Source: SAR202 cluster bacterium AG-426-M11 (lineage in GTDB: Bacteria > Chloroflexota > Dehalococcoidia > Lucifugimonadales > UBA826). From it: 64,000 nt of DNA. This document shows, piece after piece, positions 30,106 through 37,628 of this stretch (the stretch's first letter is position 1; each line of letters starts with the position of its first letter). The notes beneath the pieces were generated by a model. That model did no database searches, was not told the DNA's origin, and worked only from the letters and a program-made list of their open reading frames with translations. Both the position numbers and the translations under genes were made by a program. The DNA is taken from positions 3,470 to 67,469 of the forward strand of contig QCNV01000003.1 in the NCBI GenBank assembly GCA_003213095.1, written 5' to 3'.

Positions 30106-30483
30106 ATGTCTGAACAATTTGACCGCGGATTTGAAATGAGGAAAAAAGTTCTAGGAGATGACTATGTCAATCAATCATTTGCCAATGCTTCTGAATTTGA
30201 TAAACCTTTTCAAGAATTTGTAACAGAATCTGCATGGGGAGAAGTGTGGACTAGGGATGAATTGGATAATAAAACAAAAAGTATAATTACAATGTCAGTA
30301 TTACTTGCTCTAAGAGCAGAAAATGAAATAGCACTTCATACAAGAGGTGCAATAAATAATGGGGTTTCAGCTGAAGAATTGAGAGCAATTGCCATCCATG
30401 CTTCAGTATATGCTGGAGTTCCTTCTGCAATCTCTGGAATGAAAATAATCAAAAAAGTATTACAAGAAATGGGTAAAATTTAA
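30106..30483 (+). CDS. carboxymuconolactone decarboxylase-family protein
   Basis: FQEFVTESAWGEVWTRDELDNKTKSIITMSVLLAL...EIALHTRGAINNGVS.EELRAIAIHASVYAGVP matches the CMD/PcaC-like pattern. AAGGAG SD before ATG 30106. Confidence 0.75.
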   Translation: MSEQFDRGFEMRKKVLGDDYVNQSFANASEFDKPFQEFVTESAWGEVWTRDELDNKTKSIITMSVLLALRAENEIALHTRGAINNGVSAEELRAIAIHASVYAGVPSAISGMKIIKKVLQEMGKI

Positions 30484-30725
30484 TGGATAAAATCAAATTC
30501 TACGGAACCATGTGGTGCAGTGATTGCCACAGATCAAAAGAATTTCTGGATTCTCACAAAATAGACTATGAATACACTGATGTAGATGAAAATCCTGAAT
30601 TTGCAAAATTGATAACTCAAATAAACAATGGTTTGCAAAGAGTACCTACAATCATATTTCCAGACGGATCTATTTTGGTTGAACCTACCAATAAAGAACT
30701 TTCAGAAAAATTAGGCATTTCCTAA
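30483..30725 (+). CDS. glutaredoxin/NrdH-like small redoxin (CSDC)
   Basis: KFYGTMWCSDCHRSKEFLD...VPTIIFPDG shows a Grx fold with CxxC and cis-Pro. Confidence 0.75.
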   Translation: MDKIKFYGTMWCSDCHRSKEFLDSHKIDYEYTDVDENPEFAKLITQINNGLQRVPTIIFPDGSILVEPTNKELSEKLGIS

Positions 30726-30994
30726 TTTACCAAATCTACATCCATATCAACCATAGGAAATATTTGAAAATTAGCAGGCATAATTTCTGATTGTTGATTT
30801 AAATATATATGTAACATTTGATTATCTTCGACATCCCACACAGCTGCCATTCCTCTACCAGGTCTTCCATAAAATGATCTAGCGTGTCCCAAATCTAAAA
30901 TTTTTTGAGCCCACGGCCACATTTTTCTTCTTTGTACAACTACATCAGATGGCCTAGCAGGCTGAGGAGTAGCAATCACTAGAAATAGCATCAA
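30722..30994 (-). CDS. muconolactone isomerase-like small protein (copy 2)
   Basis: 90 aa: MLFLV..., WPWAQK, GRG..A.WDVEDN..LH..L.....MP..F.IFP. Ferredoxin-like MIase pattern, and a tandem paralogue of the next gene. Confidence 0.5.
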   Translation of the reverse strand: MMLFLVIATPQPARPSDVVVQRRKMWPWAQKILDLGHARSFYGRPGRGMAAVWDVEDNQMLHIYLNQQSEIMPANFQIFPMVDMDVDLVN

Positions 30995-31275
30995 TCATTA
31001 CTACCTAAAAAAGCTGTAATCTGTGTAGTATCCAACAAAGGAAAAATTTCAAATGTGGCAGGCATAATCTCTGACCATTCATTTAACAGACGATGAAGAG
31101 TTTCGTTGCTATCGACATCAAAAATTCCCACACCGCCTCTTCCAGTTCGAGCATAAAATTCTTTAGCAAATCCAGAATCTTTTTGTTTTTGTGCCCATGG
31201 CCAAAACTTTCTTCTTTGTTCAACAACTTCAGATGGCCTATGTAAAGCTGGAGAACTAACAACTAAAAATATCAT
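30991..31275 (-). CDS. muconolactone isomerase-like small protein (copy 1)
   Basis: 94 aa: MIFLVVSSP...GRGGVGIFDVDSNETLHRLLNEWSEIMPATFEIFPL. Shares a 4-nt ATGA overlap with copy 2. Confidence 0.5.
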   Translation of the reverse strand: MIFLVVSSPALHRPSEVVEQRRKFWPWAQKQKDSGFAKEFYARTGRGGVGIFDVDSNETLHRLLNEWSEIMPATFEIFPLLDTTQITAFLGSND

Positions 31276-31317
31276 CTTATATCCTTGTAATTTTTCGACA
31301 TAATATTGGATTTAAAA

Positions 31318-32067
31318 CTAAATAGAAATAGTTAGTCCCTGCTCCCCAATAATTATTTCACCGGAAAACTCACTGGATGCTTCCTGTCTACACAATTCTC
31401 TATCACTTGTTGCCCAAAAATGAGTTAATACCAGTTTTTTGACATTACTAGACTCAGCTAGTTCACCTGCCTCAGAAGAAAATAAATGATTAATGGGCTT
31501 ATGGATTGGGGCACCTCCTCCTAAAGCATTTTCAGATAGAAAAACATCAACATTGTGCAAATTATGCCTCAGAGAATCACATATCTTGGTATCAGAACTA
31601 TAAACAAGTGTCTTATTGTCATGACTAACTTTCATCCCATGGGATAAAACTGAATGTTCAACACGAAATGGTTGGATTGAAATATCTCCAAAACTATATT
31701 GTCTTTGATCGTATTCTTGTAAATTGAATGATTGTTCAAAAAAAGGCTTTGTATCAGATAAAGATGATGACAATTGATGTAAATATCTGATAGCTGATTT
31801 TGGTACATAAACATTCAATCTATCTTTAAATTCACTATATCTCATAGCATATCGCATAGCTATCAAATCAATAAAATGATCAGGATGCATATGACTAATA
31901 AAAACAGCATCCAAATTATTGAAATCTACAATTTTTTGTAAATAGGAAAAAACTCCACTTCCACAATCTATCAGAATATTTGTATGTTTTGACTGTACTA
32001 AATACCCAGAACAAGCATCACCTTGAGTAGGATATGCTCCTGAAGTGCCTAATAAAGTGAGATCCAA
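31318..32067 (-). CDS. MBL-fold metallo-hydrolase
   Basis: ILIDCGSG ... FISHMHPDH (HxHxDH) ... LTHF. Confidence 0.75.
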   Translation of the reverse strand: MDLTLLGTSGAYPTQGDACSGYLVQSKHTNILIDCGSGVFSYLQKIVDFNNLDAVFISHMHPDHFIDLIAMRYAMRYSEFKDRLNVYVPKSAIRYLHQLSSSLSDTKPFFEQSFNLQEYDQRQYSFGDISIQPFRVEHSVLSHGMKVSHDNKTLVYSSDTKICDSLRHNLHNVDVFLSENALGGGAPIHKPINHLFSSEAGELAESSNVKKLVLTHFWATSDRELCRQEASSEFSGEIIIGEQGLTISI

Positions 32068-32073
32068 CGATGA

Positions 32074-33210
32074 TTACCACTGAACAAACATAGGCATGAC
32101 TACATGAGTGTATCCGGGTTTACTAATAGACCTTAAAACACCAGGACTAGAAGCACCAGTCATTTCAAAAACAACTTCACCATCACCCAAAACATCTAAA
32201 ACATCGGCTAAATATTTATTGTTGAACGCAATTCTAGATTCCTCATCTATCTCTCCTTCAACCCTAGCATCAATTTCACCCTTATTTTCTCCAAGTTCTT
32301 CAGCTCTAGAAGAAATAGATAATCCAGCAGACTCTCCATTACCAACGATTTGAATCCTAACAATTCCACTTCCATCTCTTGCAAAAATAGATGCAGTTTT
32401 AACAGCATTAGTAAAATCTGAGAGGTCAGCCAATACTTGATTTTTATAATTTTCAGGGATTAATGATCTGTAGTTAGGAAAGGATCCAGGCATTAATTGA
32501 GATACAATTTCCACATTACCAATATTGAATAACGCATGAGTACCCGCTGGTGTTACAGTAAATTCCACTGGAGAAGAATCTGTTCCTATTAGCCTACCAA
32601 TTTCTTGCATCGATCTAGCAGGAATAATGAATTCAAAGTTGTCCTCTATAGAGTCTGATAATTTTCCTTGGTAAACGGCTAATCTAAATCCATCCGCCGC
32701 TGCAAAAGTAAAATCATCATTATTTACTTCAATTTTAATTCCAGTCAGTACAGGTCTAGAATCTTCAGTTGCGGCTGCAAAAGCAACATAATCAACTGTT
32801 TCTTTCAAAATTTGAGGATCAATTTTAATAGTCGAACCCTCATCTACTGTTGGAATTGGAGGGAATTCTGAAGGATCAGTGCCATTTATGTTAGCCTCAA
32901 ATCTTAAACATTTTAAAGTTACACTCATCAAGTCTGCGGAAGATTCTATATCTATTCGGTCATCAGGAAGAGTATTAACAAAGTCTGTAAGTAATCTAGC
33001 AGGGATTGTAATTTCACCCTCTTCTTCAATTTGAGCACCAATCTTTGTAGTGATTGCAATATCTAAATTAGTTCCTGTCAAAACTAACATATCATTTTGA
33101 GTTGAAATTTTAACATTCTGGAGTACAGGTAAATTACTCCTAGTAGCAACAGCTCGTCCTACTATTGCTAATCCTCTACTTAAGTTCTGTTGAAGGCAAG
33201 ATATCTTCAT
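32074..33210 (-). CDS. dnaN: DNA polymerase III beta sliding clamp
   Basis: MKISCLQQNLSRGLAIVGRAV..RSNLPVLQNV..., three-domain length (378 aa), and PVL.GI / ATDG-like (AADGFRLAV) segments. Confidence 0.9.
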   Translation of the reverse strand: MKISCLQQNLSRGLAIVGRAVATRSNLPVLQNVKISTQNDMLVLTGTNLDIAITTKIGAQIEEEGEITIPARLLTDFVNTLPDDRIDIESSADLMSVTLKCLRFEANINGTDPSEFPPIPTVDEGSTIKIDPQILKETVDYVAFAAATEDSRPVLTGIKIEVNNDDFTFAAADGFRLAVYQGKLSDSIEDNFEFIIPARSMQEIGRLIGTDSSPVEFTVTPAGTHALFNIGNVEIVSQLMPGSFPNYRSLIPENYKNQVLADLSDFTNAVKTASIFARDGSGIVRIQIVGNGESAGLSISSRAEELGENKGEIDARVEGEIDEESRIAFNNKYLADVLDVLGDGEVVFEMTGASSPGVLRSISKPGYTHVVMPMFVQW

Positions 33211-33234
33211 ATTAACCTCGAAAATATTGAAACT

Positions 33235-33263
33235 AGTATATTGATCGAAATATGCATCGTCAA
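33235..33263 (-). promoter_or_regulatory. candidate sigma70-type promoter of dnaN
   Basis: On the minus strand: TTGACG (33263..33258), a 17-nt spacer, then TATACT (33240..33235), about 25 nt upstream of the dnaN ATG. Confidence 0.4.
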
Positions 33264-33319
33264 CGATTACACAACATATGTTTTAAGATTTTATTAAAAC
33301 ACTAGAAGAAGCATGTTAA

Positions 33320-34087
33320 CTAATTAAGAGAAGCAATAAACTCAATTTCTAAAGTAATTTCATCTTCTAAAGAAAGAATAAAAGGAAATGTGGGTTTTGT
33401 TAAATTAAAGTCATCCCAGGTGATCACAGTTGATGCTAAACCAGAAACTTCTGAACCATCAAAATTCAAATCTGTAGTCCATTTAGTATTTTTTGAAACG
33501 CCTGAAATAATTAAATCACCTATGATTCCAATATTATAATTACCTTGATTAGGAACAGGATTTGGTAAACCAACAATGTCTTGAACCTCTAGTAATACTT
33601 CCTTACCAATTCCTGAGTTTCTTAATACCCATCTGTCTCTTCTATCTTCGTCACTTTTCAAGGCAGTCACATCTACTAAGATTTTTGAATCATCTACAAC
33701 ATTCCCCATTTCATCAATACTAATAGTTCCAGATACTAATCCAGTTTCACCTGTAGCTACTATTGGCAAAGGCAACCTAACAAGTTCTTCACCAATTTTG
33801 TACCTAGCTTTTGATAATGGGTTAACAACAATTTGGATTGATTGTTGTTTTGAGTCGTCAAAAATAATTTGAGGTGTACTTTGTGGCTGATTTTGATCTA
33901 AATTCTGTATTGTAGGCGTAGGAAGCAATTTCCCTACAGTTGGAGTGGGAAGTACAGTTTTTTGAACCGTAGTATTTTCAATACTAGAAACAACTTCTGT
34001 GACAGTATTGGTATCAGAACAAGAAATAAATACCGAAATTAATAAAAATGGTACTAAAAATAAATTCCCAATATTTTTAATTTTCAA
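33320..34087 (-). CDS. YceI-like lipoprotein
   Basis: Signal peptide with Cys (LLISVFISCSD). The C-terminal half fits the YceI pattern (G.VSGTISID..., DVTALKSDEDRRDRWV, GDLIISGVSKNT.W). TTG 34087 follows the upstream stop and an AGGA SD; the track ATG 34150 would overlap the upstream gene. Confidence 0.55.
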   Translation of the reverse strand: MKIKNIGNLFLVPFLLISVFISCSDTNTVTEVVSSIENTTVQKTVLPTPTVGKLLPTPTIQNLDQNQPQSTPQIIFDDSKQQSIQIVVNPLSKARYKIGEELVRLPLPIVATGETGLVSGTISIDEMGNVVDDSKILVDVTALKSDEDRRDRWVLRNSGIGKEVLLEVQDIVGLPNPVPNQGNYNIGIIGDLIISGVSKNTKWTTDLNFDGSEVSGLASTVITWDDFNLTKPTFPFILSLEDEITLEIEFIASLN

Positions 34088-34098
34088 TTGAATCCTGT

Positions 34099-34587
34099 TT
34101 ATTGAACTGTAATTGTACCTACCATTCCTAATGTCTCGTGAGGAACACATATCAATGTATAAACACCAGGCTTATCAAAAGTGAAAGTTAAAGTGTCAGT
34201 CTCACCGCCTTCAACTTCTACTTCTATTCCTAAATCATCGACCACAAAAGAATGAAATTCATTTTCAGACGATAAATTAAATTGAACTGTTTCACCAGTT
34301 GTAAATGTTAAATCGCCAGGTTCAAACACATAATTACCTCCAGCATCATTCATTGCAACATCAATCACCTTATCTGCAGTGGCTGTAGTTGATGAGCTTG
34401 AGGAAGACGAGGAAGAAGCAGGAGCTGATACAGGAGCTGGAGGAGCTGTCATCACTGAAGCAGAAGAAGCACTTGTTTGAGGAACAGGTGCGGGATCTAC
34501 AGCATCATGGTCTTCATTTTGAGGAACACATGCCGCAAAAATCATTAAAATAGACATCAATGAAATTACACTAACCAACTTTGTCAT
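34099..34587 (-). CDS. cupredoxin (plastocyanin/amicyanin-like blue copper) lipoprotein
   Basis: Signal peptide + Cys (MIFAACV), then a Pro/Ala/Ser-rich linker with a poly-Ser run. Type-1 Cu ligands are present: H in NEFHSFVV and C-x2-H-x4-M in LICVPHETLGM. Confidence 0.75.
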   Translation of the reverse strand: MTKLVSVISLMSILMIFAACVPQNEDHDAVDPAPVPQTSASSASVMTAPPAPVSAPASSSSSSSSSTTATADKVIDVAMNDAGGNYVFEPGDLTFTTGETVQFNLSSENEFHSFVVDDLGIEVEVEGGETDTLTFTFDKPGVYTLICVPHETLGMVGTITVQ

Positions 34588-34696
34588 TAACTACTCCTTA
34601 GTAATAAGTGTCATATAAATAGCGTAGCATCAAAGTTTTTAAGTGGTCAACGAAGAAAATTATGATATTAATTATCATAGATGTTGCATAAATGCC

Positions 34697-34743
34697 TTGA
34701 ATAAGTACTTATGTTCTGATAATATGTTCGGAACATAAGTACT
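34697..34743 (+). promoter_or_regulatory. lexA promoter with two inverted LexA (SOS) boxes
   Basis: TTGAAT (34697..34702), 17 nt, then TAATAT (34720..34725). Box 1 AGTACTTATGTTCT (34704..34717) lies in the spacer. Box 2 GGAACATAAGTACT (34730..34743) lies at or after the predicted start site. Together they form a perfect 13-nt inverted repeat. Confidence 0.65.
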
Positions 34744-34766
34744 GAATTAAACCGTATTTGGAGAAA

Positions 34767-35414
34767 ATGATGAAAAGACCATTATCTAAAAGGCAGCAAG
34801 AAATGCTGGCTTACATTAAAAACTTTATGCAAACTAATAACTACCCTCCTACTGTTAGGGATATACAAAATGGCTGTCAAATCAGTTCCACATCAGTGGT
34901 CGACTACAATCTCCAAATCCTACAAAGAGAGGGGCACCTAGCAAGAAAAAGAGATGTATCAAGAGGACTAGAGTTATTAGGCGAAGCAGCCAGTCATTCA
35001 TTGAGAAATTTAGTCAATGTTCCCATTCTAGGAAACATTGCTGCAGGAGAACCATTGGCTTTACAGGGAACGGGGCCATGGAATAATGAAGATTTTGATA
35101 ATGTAGATATTCCTCCTTTTTTAACCAAAAATAAAGAAAATGTATTTGGACTTCGTGTAAAAGGTGAATCCATGATTGATGCTCTAGTCGGAGACGGAGA
35201 TCTCGTCTTGCTAGAACCAATTACTAAACCTAATAACGGAGACATGGTCGCTGCTTGGCTAGAAGATAGAGAGGAAGCTACATTAAAACATTTCTATTTA
35301 GAAGGAAACAAAGTTAGGCTTGTGCCTGCAAATTCTATGATGCAACCAATTACAGTTTCAGCTTCTAATGTAGCTGTAAAAGGTAGAGTTGTAGGTGTAA
35401 TGAGGACCATGTGA
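34767..35414 (+). CDS. lexA: LexA repressor
   Basis: N-terminal winged-helix (LSKRQQEMLAYIKNF...GYPPTVRDI) and a C-terminal S24 peptidase with GESM (Ser) and VKGRVVGV (Lys). ATG 34767/34770 follows GGAG. Confidence 0.9.
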   Translation: MMKRPLSKRQQEMLAYIKNFMQTNNYPPTVRDIQNGCQISSTSVVDYNLQILQREGHLARKRDVSRGLELLGEAASHSLRNLVNVPILGNIAAGEPLALQGTGPWNNEDFDNVDIPPFLTKNKENVFGLRVKGESMIDALVGDGDLVLLEPITKPNNGDMVAAWLEDREEATLKHFYLEGNKVRLVPANSMMQPITVSASNVAVKGRVVGVMRTM

Positions 35415-35475
35415 CCCCTCATCACTTCAGCACAACTGTTTTTTATAATAACTTCTTTTATAATAAACGCCTTAT

Positions 35476-35561
35476 GCCGAAGTGGCGGAATGGTAGACGC
35501 GCCGGTCTCAAAAACCGGTGAGGTAACACTCGTGTGAGTTCGAGTCTCACCTTCGGCACCA
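35476..35561 (+). tRNA. tRNA-Leu (anticodon CAA), encoded CCA end
   Basis: Acceptor GCCGAAG/CTTCGGC, anticodon stem CCGGT/ACCGG with loop CTCAAAA, long variable arm, T-arm GTGAG-TTCGAGT-CTCAC, discriminator A, CCA. Confidence 0.9.
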
Positions 35562-35586
35562 AAAAATTAAATGCTGGAGGAAATAA

Positions 35587-36342
35587 ATGAACTCAATTAA
35601 AGAACTTATAAAATCAGGGAAAACAGCTGTAGGTACTAGCGGAACTCCTAATGCAGACAACGCAGCAATGCTTGCCGATTCAGGATTAGATTTTATTCTT
35701 TTCGATACTCAACACTCACCAGTATCAGACCCCAAACAGTATGCTGCAGCCATTCAAGCCATGTCAGGTAAAAAAGCAGCGCCAATTGTGAGGGTTAGTA
35801 CTAATCAACCAAATCAGATTTGCTTCGCTCTAGACATAGGAGCCAGAGGAATAATTGTTCCTATGGTGAATACTAAAGAACAAATGGTAGCTATGATGAG
35901 GGCATGTAAATATGCTCCGCTTGGAGACAGAAGTAATGCAGGTGTAAGAGGTGAATGGGGAAAAACTTCAAATTATAGAGAATACTTAGACAGAGTGAAC
36001 GAAGAACTTCTAATAGTTCCTATGATTGAAACTCAACAAGCAATCGATAATATTGATGAAATTTTAAGTGTCCCTGGTATTGATGTATTACTTATAGGGC
36101 CTTCAGATTTATCTATTGAACTAGGCGTTCCATTAGAGTACGAAAGTGACACATATCAAGCTGGTTTAGATAAAATTGCTGCAGCATGTAAGGCACATAA
36201 CGTAGTTCCCGGAATGTATTTCATTCCTCCTGAAATGGATCCTAACTTTTTTGTAGAAAAAGGATTTAAATTCTTTACTATGCCTTGGGCCACATGGGCT
36301 TCTCAAGGAATTCAAAATGGAATTAATTCAATAAACAGATAG
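35587..36342 (+). CDS. HpcH/HpaI-family aldolase
   Basis: GLDFILFDTQHSP, VRV...DIGARGIIVPMVNTKEQ, YAPLGDRS, MIETQQAIDNIDEIL and LLIGPSDLSIELG. Confidence 0.8.
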   Translation: MNSIKELIKSGKTAVGTSGTPNADNAAMLADSGLDFILFDTQHSPVSDPKQYAAAIQAMSGKKAAPIVRVSTNQPNQICFALDIGARGIIVPMVNTKEQMVAMMRACKYAPLGDRSNAGVRGEWGKTSNYREYLDRVNEELLIVPMIETQQAIDNIDEILSVPGIDVLLIGPSDLSIELGVPLEYESDTYQAGLDKIAAACKAHNVVPGMYFIPPEMDPNFFVEKGFKFFTMPWATWASQGIQNGINSINR

Positions 36343-36350
36343 ATTTCTTT

Positions 36351-36393
36351 CAACAGCGGATTAATTTAAAAATCCGCTGTTGATTTACTTTTC
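36351..36393 (+). terminator. intrinsic terminator after the aldolase gene
   Basis: CAACAGCGGAT (36351..36361) pairs perfectly with ATCCGCTGTTG (36372..36382), an 11-bp stem, followed by a T-rich tail. Confidence 0.7.
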
Positions 36394-36508
36394 TTATACT
36401 CAAAAATCTAAAAAATCCGTTTATAAACTCATTTGATTTCATATTTCATTATTGTATTGTTTCAATAATGTTTCATATATTTATCTAATTTTTAAAAGGA
36501 GATTAATT

Positions 36509-37063
36509 TTGAGTACTAAAATGGCTAATGGTTTATTATTTATCATTGCAGGGCTTGCACCTCTCACCATTTACCTGGTGTTGGGGTATGATGGAGCTCT
36601 TGGAATCCTAGACAGTGTTTATACAGAAAGAATTGCTACATGGTTCACATTGGCTTTAGCTATAGCTTTGATGATGAAAAAAGATACTATGCAAGGCGGA
36701 AATGGCTACCATATAGCTAACGCAGGATTTCTTATCGTCATAATTGCAAGCGCTGGAGGAATCATAGTAGATGCATTTAATGGTGCTGGGAACACATCTG
36801 TAGTTGACATATTGGGTCCTAATGTCTGGTCTACTTTCATGATGGGCATGTTTGTCACATCTCTTGGTTATTTTTTGCAAAAGAATTTCCCTATTTGGGT
36901 ACCTGCTTTAGGAATGATAGCGACTGCATTTGGTTTTGTAGTGATGGCTTTTGGACTGATTGATCCTAATTCAGATGACATACTATTACTCCCAATATGG
37001 ATAGGATTTGTTCTTACTACAGTCTTATACGGAGTATTCACAATCCGAGAACAATCAAACTAA
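36509..37063 (+). CDS. integral membrane protein, unknown function
   Basis: Five to six hydrophobic helices. AGGAGA SD, then TTG 36509 (or ATG 36521). The track start 36452 lacks an SD. Confidence 0.55.
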   Translation: MSTKMANGLLFIIAGLAPLTIYLVLGYDGALGILDSVYTERIATWFTLALAIALMMKKDTMQGGNGYHIANAGFLIVIIASAGGIIVDAFNGAGNTSVVDILGPNVWSTFMMGMFVTSLGYFLQKNFPIWVPALGMIATAFGFVVMAFGLIDPNSDDILLLPIWIGFVLTTVLYGVFTIREQSN

Positions 37064-37103
37064 ACTTAGTTCGTGTACTTTTTAGTACTACTTATATCAA
37101 ATT

Positions 37104-37137
37104 AAAACCCTCTAGGTTTCCCTAGAGGGTTTTTTTA
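37104..37137 (+). terminator. intrinsic terminator
   Basis: AAAACCCTCTAGG-TTTC-CCTAGAGGGTTTT followed by a T7 run. Confidence 0.75.
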
Positions 37138-37197
37138 TTAGATGAACAATAAAAAATGTGATAGAGTCCGCACAAGATAAAGAAAGCTGAGGTGAAT

Positions 37198-37605
37198 ATG
37201 TCAAAACAAGGCGTGAACCCTGACGAACTAAGTCAACCATTTTGGGATGGTGCTAACGATAACAAATTAATGATTCAAAATTGCATCACATGTAATAAAC
37301 TCCAACACCCTCCTGAAGCAGAATGCCGAGACTGTGAAAATGGTGAATTAGAGTGGAAAGAAATGAGCGGTAAAGGCAAAATATACAATTATGTAGTTGT
37401 GTACGATTGTCCTGTAAGAACTCTACAAGAAGACCAACCCTTCAATGTTGCTGTAGTCATGTTAGACGAAGATCCAGGAATTCAAATGTATTCGCATTTA
37501 CCTGGGGTACCAGCAGACGAGGTTCCAGTTGGAGCAGACGTTGAAGTGATTTTCGAAAAATTACCTAATGGTCAACACGTACCGGAGTGGAAACTAACTA
37601 ATTAA
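37198..37605 (+). CDS. DUF35 Zn-ribbon/OB-fold protein
   Basis: CITCNK...PPEAECRDCENGELEW.EMSGKGKIYNYVVV is the rubredoxin-like 4-Cys knuckle plus OB fold typical of DUF35 partners of thiolase-like proteins. Confidence 0.8.
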   Translation: MSKQGVNPDELSQPFWDGANDNKLMIQNCITCNKLQHPPEAECRDCENGELEWKEMSGKGKIYNYVVVYDCPVRTLQEDQPFNVAVVMLDEDPGIQMYSHLPGVPADEVPVGADVEVIFEKLPNGQHVPEWKLTN

Positions 37606-37628
37606 TTTATTCTAAAAGGAGTGATTGT

